Shown: positions 34,398 through 43,726 of the stretch, piece after piece | Layout: every line of letters begins with the position of its first letter | Numbering within the stretch: position 1 is the first letter of the stretch | IMG/VR virus record: IMGVR_UViG_3300005366_000002 | Location: 1 to 64,000 of that record | Direction: 5' to 3' (one strand) | Source: a virus | Length of the DNA stretch: 64,000 nucleotides | Notes under the pieces: model-generated | The model's database searches: none | What the model was told of the DNA's origin: nothing | What the model saw: only the letters and a program-made list of their open reading frames with translations | Translations under genes and position numbers: made by a program

Positions 34398-35230
34398 GCC
34401 TGGTGACTTCGAGGATCGGGCCTCCCATCGAGGATCTTCCGCTCTACGACACGATGGAGATCATCTGTTCGATCGGCAAGCAGGGTCACCCGGGCCAGTA
34501 CATCATGGGCCGTCCAGAGGCATCCCGGTTGCCTCACGCTTCCGGGACCGGCAACGTAGTCGTCCAGATCCTGACCCACGACCCTGAAGACCCGAACAAC
34601 CTGCGGACCGAGCAGGAGTTCAAGGCGTTGGCCACGCAGATGTTCAGCAGGATGCTGGACGTCACGTGGGACCACATCCAGAGAAACCGTGCTGCGACAG
34701 CAGCGCAAGAAGCCGAGAAGGCAGAGGAAGAACAGATGAACCACGAGCACAAGCACATCGTCACCGACGAGGTCGCGGAAGACGAGCACATCGACCTGTC
34801 GAAGGGCGACCTCCCGGCCGACGCCGACGACTCCATCCTCGACACCGACGCGGACGCCGGCGACGAGGCCGTCGATGAACTCCCGCCGGACGCGGAAGAG
34901 GTGCAGATGGACGGCGAAGCCATCCCCGAGCTGGCCAAGAAGCAGGACTGGGGCGACGAGCCCAAGGCGCGCGTGGGCTCCGAAGGCACGTCTTCGTCCG
35001 ACGAGGTGTGCACCAAGGGCGACAACACGGCGAACCTGAAGCAGCCCACGACCGGCCGCACCCGCACCATGCTCCACGTCAAGGCCGGTGACGACCTGTG
35101 GTCTCCGACCGAAGATGAGCTGGCCAAGCTGAAGAAGCAGTTCGAGGACGCGGCCGTCGCCGACGTGGTGGTCGCGACCAAGCACAACGTCCACGTCGAG
35201 GTCACGCACTTCTTCATCGAGGACAAGTGA
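34394..35230 (+). CDS. Hypothetical acidic protein; possible internal start at 34736
   Basis: ATGA overlap; Asp/Glu-rich middle. Confidence 0.7.
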   Translation: MSLVTSRIGPPIEDLPLYDTMEIICSIGKQGHPGQYIMGRPEASRLPHASGTGNVVVQILTHDPEDPNNLRTEQEFKALATQMFSRMLDVTWDHIQRNRAATAAQEAEKAEEEQMNHEHKHIVTDEVAEDEHIDLSKGDLPADADDSILDTDADAGDEAVDELPPDAEEVQMDGEAIPELAKKQDWGDEPKARVGSEGTSSSDEVCTKGDNTANLKQPTTGRTRTMLHVKAGDDLWSPTEDELAKLKKQFEDAAVADVVVATKHNVHVEVTHFFIEDK

Positions 35231-35583
35231 CCATGGAACTCAGAGAACCCAAGGCAGGGACCGAGTACAGGTTCCTCTGCCTCCACGGTGGCTCGATGTT
35301 CCAGCACCTGTCCGGTACGCTCGTCTCGGACTTGCGCATCGAGAACCACGGTGAGGCCGGCCCGATCTACCACTTCACGTGCGACGACATGCAAGGCCAC
35401 ACCGCGGACGGGTCCGTGCTGTTCGAGAACACGCTCGCCGCGGCCGTGGCCGCCGAGCAGATCGCCAGCAACTGCGAGCAGATCGACCGGCTCAGGAAGG
35501 CCAACGAGGAACTCCTCGCAACCCACACGCTGCACGTGAAGCGTCGTCTCTGGCGTGAGGCCGAGACGTTCTCCAAACCCTGA
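35227..35583 (+). CDS. Hypothetical protein
   Basis: Overlaps the upstream stop. Confidence 0.65.
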   Translation: MTMELREPKAGTEYRFLCLHGGSMFQHLSGTLVSDLRIENHGEAGPIYHFTCDDMQGHTADGSVLFENTLAAAVAAEQIASNCEQIDRLRKANEELLATHTLHVKRRLWREAETFSKP

Positions 35584-35597
35584 GGGCTCAGTTCATC

Positions 35598-35810
35598 ATG
35601 GTCTACATGAAGATCCGCTACCAGGGCATCTGGCCTACGACGTCCAAGCGCCCTGACGTGATCTCCCTGTCTCGCGTGCCCTGCCTTGGCGAGTACGTGG
35701 ACGTCGACAACATGGTCTGCCAGGTCACCTCGGTGATTCATATCGCGGCCACGCCGGGCGATCAGCGTGTTCCTCAGATCGTCGCACAGGTCTCCGTCCA
35801 ACCGACTTGA
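35598..35810 (+). CDS. Hypothetical protein
   Basis: RVPCLGEYV motif; followed by a hairpin. Confidence 0.6.
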   Translation: MVYMKIRYQGIWPTTSKRPDVISLSRVPCLGEYVDVDNMVCQVTSVIHIAATPGDQRVPQIVAQVSVQPT

Positions 35811-35821
35811 GGCCTCCCCAG

Positions 35822-35853
35822 GAGAGGAGTGAGGAGCAATCTTCACTCCTCTC
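35822..35853 (+). terminator. Stem-loop or terminator ending the operon
   Basis: GAGAGGAGTG / CACTCCTCTC 10-bp stem; weak U-tract. Confidence 0.55.
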
Positions 35854-35867
35854 TTCACGTCTGGCTC

Positions 35868-35877
35868 GCAATTTTAT
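35868..35877 (+). promoter_or_regulatory. GCAATTTTAT candidate late promoter motif
   Basis: Recurs at 46242, 53506, 60752 and 63830 ahead of probable late genes. Confidence 0.55.
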
Positions 35878-35956
35878 GGTCGACATACATGCCGGGAGCC
35901 CCTTGAGGCTCCCGTGCTCTCTTGCTCTCTCATTCAAAGACCGTAGAGGACGCGAC

Positions 35957-37582
35957 GTGGAAACCTACAAGCTCACCGCTTCCCAGCTCACCAATCTCCT
36001 GCAGATCCTGGGTGCGCTGGTGGCCGACTACATCTCGAACCCCAAGGGTCCGATGAAGGCTGACCTGAAGCCCTACGTGAAGACGGTGCTCGACTGGGCG
36101 GCCCTGCCTGGCCTCAAGCCTGCCATCAAGGAGGCTCAGACCGGCGGTGACAAGCTCAGCGCGCTCTACAACCTGGGCGTGGAGCTCAAGGATGCGTTCC
36201 CTGACTTCAAGGGCAACCGCCAGTTCACGACGCCCGAGCTGAAGATGCTGAACGCTCTGCGGGCCTACCTGGCGACCGACAGCGAGAACGCGCTCAACTA
36301 CATCCGGGCCAACGCGCAGGTCTTCGGCTCCCCGGAGCTGGCGGCCGTGTTCGCTCCCCCGATCCCGAAGGCCGACAACGCGGCGCTCCGTCGTGTCGTC
36401 AAGTCGCTGGTCGGTCGTGACGGGACACACCTGACGAAGACAGAAGCCGAGATGCTGAAGTCGACGAACCCGAAGGAGTACGACCTCTACGTCCAGCACC
36501 GCAAGGCCCACAACGCCGAGTTCAAGGCCACACTGATCAACTACGTGCGGTCCCAGGGCGAGTCGAAGGTCGACTACGCGAAAGCCTACAAGTACCTGCT
36601 GAGCCAGGGCTTCACCCACTCCATGGTGCCTGGCTTCACCGGGCTCATCGACGACAAGGGCAACTGGTACACCAAGGACGGCGAGGCCATCGGCGGAGTC
36701 CCCAATCTCAGCACGTACACCCACGTGGTCATGAACGACGGGAAAGACCCCGAGGCCTCGTGGATCTTCAAGGCGTTCAAGCCCGATGGCGAGTACGCCT
36801 ACTGCTACACGCAGAACTTCCGCCGCTCCCAGAGCTCCGCGAAGTACGAGCACGTCGCCGAGCTGATGGCCAACATCGGGCACATCCAGAACGCGTGGCG
36901 CGCCAAGATCAAGAAGTGGAACCCGGCCGACAAGCTCTGCGTGTCGGCCGTCGTGCTGGAAATCCTGTACAGCTACGCGGCCCGGATCGGCAGTGCCCCT
37001 GGCCGTGGTGCGGGGACCTTGCTGGTCAAGAATACGAGCATCACGCAGGCCGGGGTCAACCTGGCCTACATCGGCAAGGACTCGATCCCGACCAAGCACA
37101 TCATCCGAAGCGCTGACTCCCCGGAGCATGCGCTGCTGGTCAAGCGGCTGAAGGAACTCATCGAGGGCAAGAAGCCCAGCATGTTCCTGTTCACCGTGAA
37201 GTCCGGTGAGAGGATGGCACGCGTCGGCCCCGGTGACGTCAACAAGGCGTTCCACACGTTCGGCGCGCCGGAGACCGTGACGGTCCACAAGCTCCGCACC
37301 TGCCGGGGCACCACGCTGTTCAAGCAGTTGATGGACAAGGACGAGCAGAACCGTCGTCCGCCGGCGACCGAGAAGGACGCCCTGCTCCGCTACAAGGACA
37401 TGACGGCCAAGGTCGGTGAGCTCCTGAACCACAAGCGTGGTGTCGGGACCGACAAGGAGTCCGTGACAGGGACCACGGCTGCCCTCTCCTACATCGACGG
37501 CGACCTCCAGGCCGAGCTCTGGGAGCGCTGGGGCTTCCGCCCGCCTGCGTTCTTGGAGAAGCTGCTCCGCGACGACTCCTGA
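35957..37582 (+). CDS. DNA topoisomerase IB with long N-terminal extension
   Basis: Catalytic pentad in RIG, YIGKD, HKLRT, LNH and SYID; GTG start after a GAGGA RBS. Confidence 0.8.
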   Translation: METYKLTASQLTNLLQILGALVADYISNPKGPMKADLKPYVKTVLDWAALPGLKPAIKEAQTGGDKLSALYNLGVELKDAFPDFKGNRQFTTPELKMLNALRAYLATDSENALNYIRANAQVFGSPELAAVFAPPIPKADNAALRRVVKSLVGRDGTHLTKTEAEMLKSTNPKEYDLYVQHRKAHNAEFKATLINYVRSQGESKVDYAKAYKYLLSQGFTHSMVPGFTGLIDDKGNWYTKDGEAIGGVPNLSTYTHVVMNDGKDPEASWIFKAFKPDGEYAYCYTQNFRRSQSSAKYEHVAELMANIGHIQNAWRAKIKKWNPADKLCVSAVVLEILYSYAARIGSAPGRGAGTLLVKNTSITQAGVNLAYIGKDSIPTKHIIRSADSPEHALLVKRLKELIEGKKPSMFLFTVKSGERMARVGPGDVNKAFHTFGAPETVTVHKLRTCRGTTLFKQLMDKDEQNRRPPATEKDALLRYKDMTAKVGELLNHKRGVGTDKESVTGTTAALSYIDGDLQAELWERWGFRPPAFLEKLLRDDS

Positions 37583-37609
37583 GACCCGCTCTGTTCACAA
37601 GGAACTGCA

Positions 37610-37876
37610 ATGAAACTCGTGCTCCAAGCCAAGCAGCGTCTCCTGGCGCTGACCAAGAAGGTCGAGGCGGCCCCAAAAGGCTCCGACTTCCAGGTGAAGA
37701 TCAACTACGACGATCCGACCGGGAAGGGCATGGCGTCGACCAACGTGATGGTCCGCGACTGCCGCGATGCGGACCATGCCCGCAAGATCTTCAAGGAGCA
37801 GCACGCTCACCACTTCAAGAACGCGAAGATCGAGAAGGTGACGAAGCTCAAGGGCAACGGCCAATCCGAGGACTGA
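37610..37876 (+). CDS. Putative internal virion protein (LxLQAKxRL leader)
   Basis: MKLVLQAKQRLLA. Confidence 0.7.
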   Translation: MKLVLQAKQRLLALTKKVEAAPKGSDFQVKINYDDPTGKGMASTNVMVRDCRDADHARKIFKEQHAHHFKNAKIEKVTKLKGNGQSED

Positions 37877-37877
37877 C

Positions 37878-38321
37878 ATGGGACAACGACTAGCTCTGCA
37901 AGCCAAGTGGCGCGTCCTCTCGTTCGCCATGATCTTGTCCAACAAGGCCCTCGACCAGTGGCTGACCCAGATGGCGCGCATGAGCGGCCCTCCGGCTGCC
38001 TACGATCAGGATGGTCGCCAGACCGTCATGGAGGCCCTGCGGGTCCATCGGGACCAGAACCCGGTGATCATGGTCGTCGGCGACGCGGCTGGCAACCCGA
38101 TCCACACGTTCACCCTGGGCACGTCCGGCAACATCAAGACCGACAGCCTCAACGGCACCTACGCGGCTGACCACAAGTACCGCGCAGAGATGGGCGATCC
38201 CCGTGGGACCACCAGCCGTGTCGAGCTCCGCGTGATTGCCGTCATCGACGTCGACGAGTTCATGGAGCACTTCGGCCACGAGACGGAGCACGCTCTGCAT
38301 CCGAACCTGAAACACGCCTAG
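37878..38321 (+). CDS. Putative virion protein (leader motif; paralogue of 62806)
   Basis: MGQRLALQAKWRVL. Confidence 0.7.
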   Translation: MGQRLALQAKWRVLSFAMILSNKALDQWLTQMARMSGPPAAYDQDGRQTVMEALRVHRDQNPVIMVVGDAAGNPIHTFTLGTSGNIKTDSLNGTYAADHKYRAEMGDPRGTTSRVELRVIAVIDVDEFMEHFGHETEHALHPNLKHA

Positions 38322-38329
38322 GAGGCGCA

Positions 38330-39583
38330 ATGCCGCTGATCGACCGCCGTTCCAATCTGACGCCAGCCAATGGGCGCGCGGCTGACGTGGCGCACCGCCT
38401 GACCGAGGACATCATCCCGCTCCAACAGCAGCGCATGATGGCCGCGTTCCGTGTCCAAGGCGTGCAGGCCATTCTCTACAACCGGCTGAACACCGGCTAC
38501 GCGTGCCCCTGCAAGTCGAAGGAGAAGACCGTGGCCGTCCGGCTCGGCAAGGATGGCCGCGCTGACCCGGGTGCGATCAACGAGGTGCTGACTGGCGAAC
38601 CCAAATTCGGTGTTCGCCCCTACGCGCCTCTGACTCCCGACACCGAGTTCGAGGAGTTCTCCGACTTCGGTGATGGTCCCACGAGCCCCAACAACCAGGT
38701 CTCGCAGTTCATGGGTGACCTCATCAAGGGCGGTGAGGAAGACGGGTTTAACAACCTGATCACCACGGAAGCGTTCGTCGGTTCCGTCGGTCAGACCGAT
38801 CCGGAGATCGACGACCTCTACAAGGAGTACGACCTGGGATCCATCGGGCTCTCCGACGTCTCGTGCCCCATCTGCTTCGGCTCCGGCTACATCGGCGGCT
38901 ACACCCCGTTCCGTGCGTGGCGCCGTGTGGTCGCCGCCACCGAGATCGCGGAGACGTCCCAGACGCTCGACCTGCCTAGCATGGGCCTCCGCGCCGGGAC
39001 CCACAGCTTCGACCTGGTGCTGCCCCGCGGCGCTGTGGTCCTCGATGCGTTCCGCGTCATGAACGGCAAGCTGATCGTCCCTGCGCGCATCTTGATCGAC
39101 GGTACTGACACGGCGAACAAGCGGGTGCTCCAGTGGTTCGACGGGACACCACACAAGGTGACGATTGACTGCCCTACGGAGTTCACGCACTTCGAGGCGC
39201 AGGCAGGTCTGTCCAAAGAGCCCATCTACTTCGAGTTCCCGAAGCGTGGCCGGTCCGGTGACATCTCGCAGCTCGAAAAGATGGAGCCTTTCCAGATCAT
39301 CGTCTCCCCGGATGTCCCGCAGCTCGACACGCTGGACGTGATCATGGAGAGCCAGGAGGGGAAAGCGCTGGTCGTCCAGAGCACCAACCCATGGAACTCG
39401 CGGAACAACCAGTTCCTGGGCTGGGAGTGCATGGTCCGCGTGGCCCAACCGCAGGAGCTCTACTACCTGCTCCCATCCCGCAGCCCCTTCGCTGGCCAGC
39501 GGTCGACCAACGCGGTGGTGCCGAGCAAGCAGACGACCATCAGCGGTCTCTCTGCTGGCGGCACCCAGGGATTCACCTTCTGA
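38330..39583 (+). CDS. Putative structural (neck/head-tail) protein
   Basis: CPC..CPICFGSGYIGGY pattern seen in neck proteins of large myoviruses; late context. Confidence 0.5.
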   Translation: MPLIDRRSNLTPANGRAADVAHRLTEDIIPLQQQRMMAAFRVQGVQAILYNRLNTGYACPCKSKEKTVAVRLGKDGRADPGAINEVLTGEPKFGVRPYAPLTPDTEFEEFSDFGDGPTSPNNQVSQFMGDLIKGGEEDGFNNLITTEAFVGSVGQTDPEIDDLYKEYDLGSIGLSDVSCPICFGSGYIGGYTPFRAWRRVVAATEIAETSQTLDLPSMGLRAGTHSFDLVLPRGAVVLDAFRVMNGKLIVPARILIDGTDTANKRVLQWFDGTPHKVTIDCPTEFTHFEAQAGLSKEPIYFEFPKRGRSGDISQLEKMEPFQIIVSPDVPQLDTLDVIMESQEGKALVVQSTNPWNSRNNQFLGWECMVRVAQPQELYYLLPSRSPFAGQRSTNAVVPSKQTTISGLSAGGTQGFTF

Positions 39584-39600
39584 CCTACGAGGAGCAGTCA

Positions 39601-40968
39601 ATGCTCATTGAACCACAAGAACTGAAGGCCAGCTCTGCCGTGCTCCAGAAGCTCAAGGAGATGAGCGACGAGGAGCTGGCTCGTCACGTGACCAACGTGA
39701 ACTGCGCGCTCTCCTGGATGTCCACGCTGGGCCAGGGAACCAAGTCGATTGGTAAGCTCAAGACGATCACCGCTGCATCTGCTCCTGACTGGGACATCAA
39801 GTGCGTGATCGAGGGCCTCCACTGGCTGGGCTCTCTGGCACCTGCGACAGTAGAAGGGCTCACCGAGGTCTACGCGGTGCATGATCACGTGCCGGAGATC
39901 AAGCCTGGGCAGCCCCTGGAGATCGAGCCATCGGAGCCTCTGCTGTGCTGGTCTCCGACGAAGCCAGACCAGATGCGTGACCGCACGATGGAGCCCTCGA
40001 AGGACTACGTGCTGCGACTCCATGACCCGCTGGTCATCTTCGCCTACAACACCATGGACGACCTGGACTTCCCGGCCGTCTCGGTGATCCCGAAGATCAA
40101 CCCACTGCTGGTGGCCCTGAAGAAGCTGCGTGACCGCGCGGAGATCCTGCGAGCCGACCAGATCGTGGTGGTCTTCCACGGGCGTCGGCCGTTCCGTGTG
40201 GATGTCATGCCAGGTCTCGAACGAGAGGAGCCAACGGAAGACCCGGTGCACCAGCAGCTCACGGGTCCCGGCGAACCCATCGAAGAGCCGATCAACGCAT
40301 CTGCCACATCGTCCACTCAGCCTGACCAAGCCGAAGATGAACTCCTGTCCCGACTCATCCGCTCGACCAGCGAGCACGATTTCCACGGTCACGTGGTTCC
40401 TCGCTCCGATGGCTGTCGCGCTAAGTGCGGCGGCCCTCAATCCCGAGTCCTACGTTGCTCCGTCTGCGCCGCAGAAGCCGCTCTTCTCGCAGACGGCCGG
40501 CACCCGCTGAGCGACCCGGAGGTCTACGCGCACATCAGCGCGACGACCCGACGACTGGAGGCCCGCAAGCCGTTCTCGGAGCTGGCCCACAAGATCTCGG
40601 TGGACCTCGGATCGGCCGACGATGAACTGATGAGGTCGCTCGTCAACTTCCTGGGCGCCGTTGCCTGGTGCGGTCAAGTCGGCCACTCCGCGACGATCTC
40701 CATGTTCGTCGATGGTGACGGTGCCGGATCGCTCCGCATCGAAGGGCTGCCGGCTACCGATCTCAAGCTGGGTGCCGCGATGGCAGAAGCCGCGTCGAAC
40801 CACGGAGACTCGCTGATGGTCGAGGTCGGGCCCTCCTCCGCGTCCGCCTACTCGACGCAGTACGATGAACAAGATCGCACCTACTACACGCGCACCTGCG
40901 TGTTCCCGAAATCCGAAGAACCCTCTGAAGAACTCTCCAAAGAACCCAAGTCCAAGGACTCGCAATGA
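39601..40968 (+). CDS. Hypothetical, probably processed virion protein
   Basis: GAGGAG RBS; several [VIL]-x-A sites. Confidence 0.7.
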   Translation: MLIEPQELKASSAVLQKLKEMSDEELARHVTNVNCALSWMSTLGQGTKSIGKLKTITAASAPDWDIKCVIEGLHWLGSLAPATVEGLTEVYAVHDHVPEIKPGQPLEIEPSEPLLCWSPTKPDQMRDRTMEPSKDYVLRLHDPLVIFAYNTMDDLDFPAVSVIPKINPLLVALKKLRDRAEILRADQIVVVFHGRRPFRVDVMPGLEREEPTEDPVHQQLTGPGEPIEEPINASATSSTQPDQAEDELLSRLIRSTSEHDFHGHVVPRSDGCRAKCGGPQSRVLRCSVCAAEAALLADGRHPLSDPEVYAHISATTRRLEARKPFSELAHKISVDLGSADDELMRSLVNFLGAVAWCGQVGHSATISMFVDGDGAGSLRIEGLPATDLKLGAAMAEAASNHGDSLMVEVGPSSASAYSTQYDEQDRTYYTRTCVFPKSEEPSEELSKEPKSKDSQ

Positions 40969-42170
40969 ACACCCAAGTGCAAGCCGCTGAAGGCAACCAG
41001 AACTTCCGCTCCATCGAAGAGGTGAAGCGGTATCTCAAGGACCAGGCTTCCGACATCGCCGAGTTCAAGACGGTGTTCGACAAGCAGATGACGCAGATGG
41101 CGCGCATGGTCGCCCGGGCCATCACCGCGTCCGGTGAAACCCAGATCCTCGACTTCTCGGGCTCCGGTGGACGTCGGAAGAAGACGATGAACGTCGACTT
41201 CCCCGTCGTCGAAGTGCCGAACAAGGAAAAGCTCCGCGAGCACTACAAGCTGGCCGAGCTGCTCAGCGAGCGCTACAAGAACCTGACGCAGGCCGAGAAC
41301 GCGATGCGCATGGACTTTGCTGGCGACCAGAGCCCGGCCTTCAAGGAGGCGATGGGCTCGTTCAACAAGCTGAAGTCCCACGTGGAGGCCATGCTGAAGG
41401 AAGTGTTCACGGCGCTCAACCAGATCGCCGAAGGCCACGCTCCCAAGCAGTACCTGAAGTTCGTGAAGGCGCTCGCCGACGAGCTGGAGGCCAACAAGCA
41501 CATCGAGTGCGACGGCCTCCAAACCATGACCTACGCGTCGCTGGACGGTGAAGACAACCTGGTGTTCGCCGGCTACATCATCCTCCTGAACGCCGTGTCG
41601 GACGACCAGAAGATCGTGCCGCACCTCTACATCGTGATCAAGTGGACCGTTGGCGGCAACGTCGAGCTGTTCATCGAGCACGACTTCGTGGCCCCGGGTC
41701 TGCTGAAAGGCGGGATCGTCATCGAGAGCCTGCGGGCCGCCGCATCGGCGATCGCCACGCAGATGGCCCTCGAAGGCTTCTCGTCCCAGATCGGCAACCT
41801 GCCGGTCTCCATGCAGATCAAGGAGCCGGCCGGTGGTCTCCGCAAGGAGGCGTTCTCGGCTGCCGACTGGATCGAGGACGTGAAGGGCGAGGAAGACGCG
41901 CTGGTCTTCGTCCTCAAGACGAGCGATCCCAAGCAGGTGTCGGAGATCCGTGCGCAGATCTACGCGCAGGTCCGGGAGATGCTGAAGCGCAAGCGCAGCA
42001 CCTACGTGAAGATCCACCAGGACGGGCCGAACGTGCTGCGCTACACGTTCTCCAACATCGAGCATGGCGGCGGGATCCACCCGCATGACCTGGAATGGCT
42101 GCGCGACAAGTACAAGCTGGACGACGCGCAGCTCCGCAAGATCGCGAACAACATCAACTCCGGGGAGTAG
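40965..42170 (+). CDS. Hypothetical, probably virion protein
   Basis: MNTQVQAAE, RAITASG; strong codon bias. Confidence 0.75.
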   Translation: MNTQVQAAEGNQNFRSIEEVKRYLKDQASDIAEFKTVFDKQMTQMARMVARAITASGETQILDFSGSGGRRKKTMNVDFPVVEVPNKEKLREHYKLAELLSERYKNLTQAENAMRMDFAGDQSPAFKEAMGSFNKLKSHVEAMLKEVFTALNQIAEGHAPKQYLKFVKALADELEANKHIECDGLQTMTYASLDGEDNLVFAGYIILLNAVSDDQKIVPHLYIVIKWTVGGNVELFIEHDFVAPGLLKGGIVIESLRAAASAIATQMALEGFSSQIGNLPVSMQIKEPAGGLRKEAFSAADWIEDVKGEEDALVFVLKTSDPKQVSEIRAQIYAQVREMLKRKRSTYVKIHQDGPNVLRYTFSNIEHGGGIHPHDLEWLRDKYKLDDAQLRKIANNINSGE

Positions 42171-42173
42171 GCC

Positions 42174-42716
42174 ATGCAGGTGCTCGCGGAGGATCTCAAG
42201 CAGTACCTGGCACGCCTCCGTGACGCGTTCGTCATGCTGCCCATGGGGCATGGCGCCTACGGAGTCGTCTACGACCACCCAAGCGATCGTGACATGGTGG
42301 TCAAGATCAGCGCCAACGATCCCGGCTACATGGAGTACGTGAAGTTCTGCATGAACAACAGCGGGAACCGTTGGCTGCCGGAAGTCCATGACGTGCATCT
42401 CCTGGACCTCGACGAGCCGTACGAAGTGTACGCCGTGTTCCTCCAGCGCCTGGAGAAGACGACACCACAGGCTGTGCAGCGCGTGTTCGCCCGTGAGATC
42501 GCTCCGTGGGTGACTTCCTGGGACACCTACAGTGAGCGGACGCGCCTGAGCTTTCCCGAGTGGAAGAACGTGCTGCGGACTGCCCCTGACCCGCAGACGC
42601 GGCGACTCGCCCAGTTCCTGATCACCCACTTCAACCGGCTGGATCTGCTCAACCAGAACTTCATGCAGCGTGGCTCCCAGGTCGTGTTCAACGATCCGCT
42701 GACGCCCATCAAGTAG
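42174..42716 (+). CDS. Minimal protein-kinase-like protein resembling the T7 gp0.7 kinase domain
   Basis: GHGAYGVVY, VVK, DLLNQNFM, FNDP. Confidence 0.7.
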   Translation: MQVLAEDLKQYLARLRDAFVMLPMGHGAYGVVYDHPSDRDMVVKISANDPGYMEYVKFCMNNSGNRWLPEVHDVHLLDLDEPYEVYAVFLQRLEKTTPQAVQRVFAREIAPWVTSWDTYSERTRLSFPEWKNVLRTAPDPQTRRLAQFLITHFNRLDLLNQNFMQRGSQVVFNDPLTPIK

Positions 42717-42726
42717 AGGACAGAAG

Positions 42727-43713
42727 ATGAACAAACTCAACGCGGAGTCCCGGCTCCTCACAGCAGGTCTGCCCATCGAGGAGCGGCTGGCCCGTCTCGA
42801 GAACCGCCGTGAAGGTGACGGGCTCATGACGCCCCAGACAAGCCGCCACGAGGACACGGCGATCGAGGAGCAACTCGACACGCCCATGCACCCGGTGGAC
42901 AACATGGACGTCCAGTGCGAGGAGCCGCTGCCTGTCGTGGCCAAGCCGCTGTCGCAGCAGGTGCAGGTCATGGACCAGAAGCTCCAACAGCAAGACCAGG
43001 CTGACGCCGAGTTCCAGGCCAAGGAAGGCGAGAAGAAGGCCAAGGCCAACCAGAAGGCGCGCCTGGGAGCGTCCGCCGAGGGCCACCCGATCTCCGAGTG
43101 GGACGTGCACCTGCCTGTCTCCTACAACGAGGACGACGGCACGATGAACATCCGCGTGCTCTCCGTGATCGCCCGTGGTGCCGAAGAGGCCGTCGAGTTC
43201 GCGGAAGCCAAGTGGAAGTTCATGCAGGCCTCGCCGGTTCAGCCGGTGAAGGCCGGTCGTGGCACCGGCTTCGGCGCTGGCGTGCTGCTCATGGCTGCTG
43301 ACACCGGCCGGATCTTCCTGGCCAAGCGGTCCTCCAAGGGCGATGAAGGTGGCACCTGGTGCTGCGGTGGCGGTGGCGTCGAGGACTACGAGACCATCGA
43401 AGAGGCGGCGCGCCGCGAGAACATGGAGGAGCTGGGCTTCGACCTGAAGGGCGTGCAGTTGCTCCACATGCACCGGTCCGTCCAGCCTGGTTTCATCTTC
43501 CACAACCACATGGCAGTCATCCCGCATGAACTGGAAGCGCGTCTCAACGACGAGCACAGCGAGTGTGGCTGGTTCTCCGACCTGCCCGAGCCGATGCATC
43601 CGAAGCTCATGGAGGCGATCAACACCTGGGCGGCCGCCCACGCCGACAACGAGCTGGTGAAGCAGGCCCAGGCGGAGGAAATGGCGAGCAAGATGGGCAA
43701 GGCAAACCAATAG
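42727..43713 (+). CDS. Nudix hydrolase with N-terminal extension
   Basis: GGGVEDYETIEEAARRENMEELG Nudix box; leader MNKLNAESRLLTA. Confidence 0.85.
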   Translation: MNKLNAESRLLTAGLPIEERLARLENRREGDGLMTPQTSRHEDTAIEEQLDTPMHPVDNMDVQCEEPLPVVAKPLSQQVQVMDQKLQQQDQADAEFQAKEGEKKAKANQKARLGASAEGHPISEWDVHLPVSYNEDDGTMNIRVLSVIARGAEEAVEFAEAKWKFMQASPVQPVKAGRGTGFGAGVLLMAADTGRIFLAKRSSKGDEGGTWCCGGGGVEDYETIEEAARRENMEELGFDLKGVQLLHMHRSVQPGFIFHNHMAVIPHELEARLNDEHSECGWFSDLPEPMHPKLMEAINTWAAAHADNELVKQAQAEEMASKMGKANQ

Positions 43714-43726
43714 ACGAGGGTCGATC

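Noticed and set aside
35957-37582. Integrase or prophage interpretation of the tyrosine-nucleophile protein
   Set aside because: The motifs (RIG, YIGKD, KLRT, SYID) fit topoisomerase IB better; no att sites, repressor or host genes were seen.
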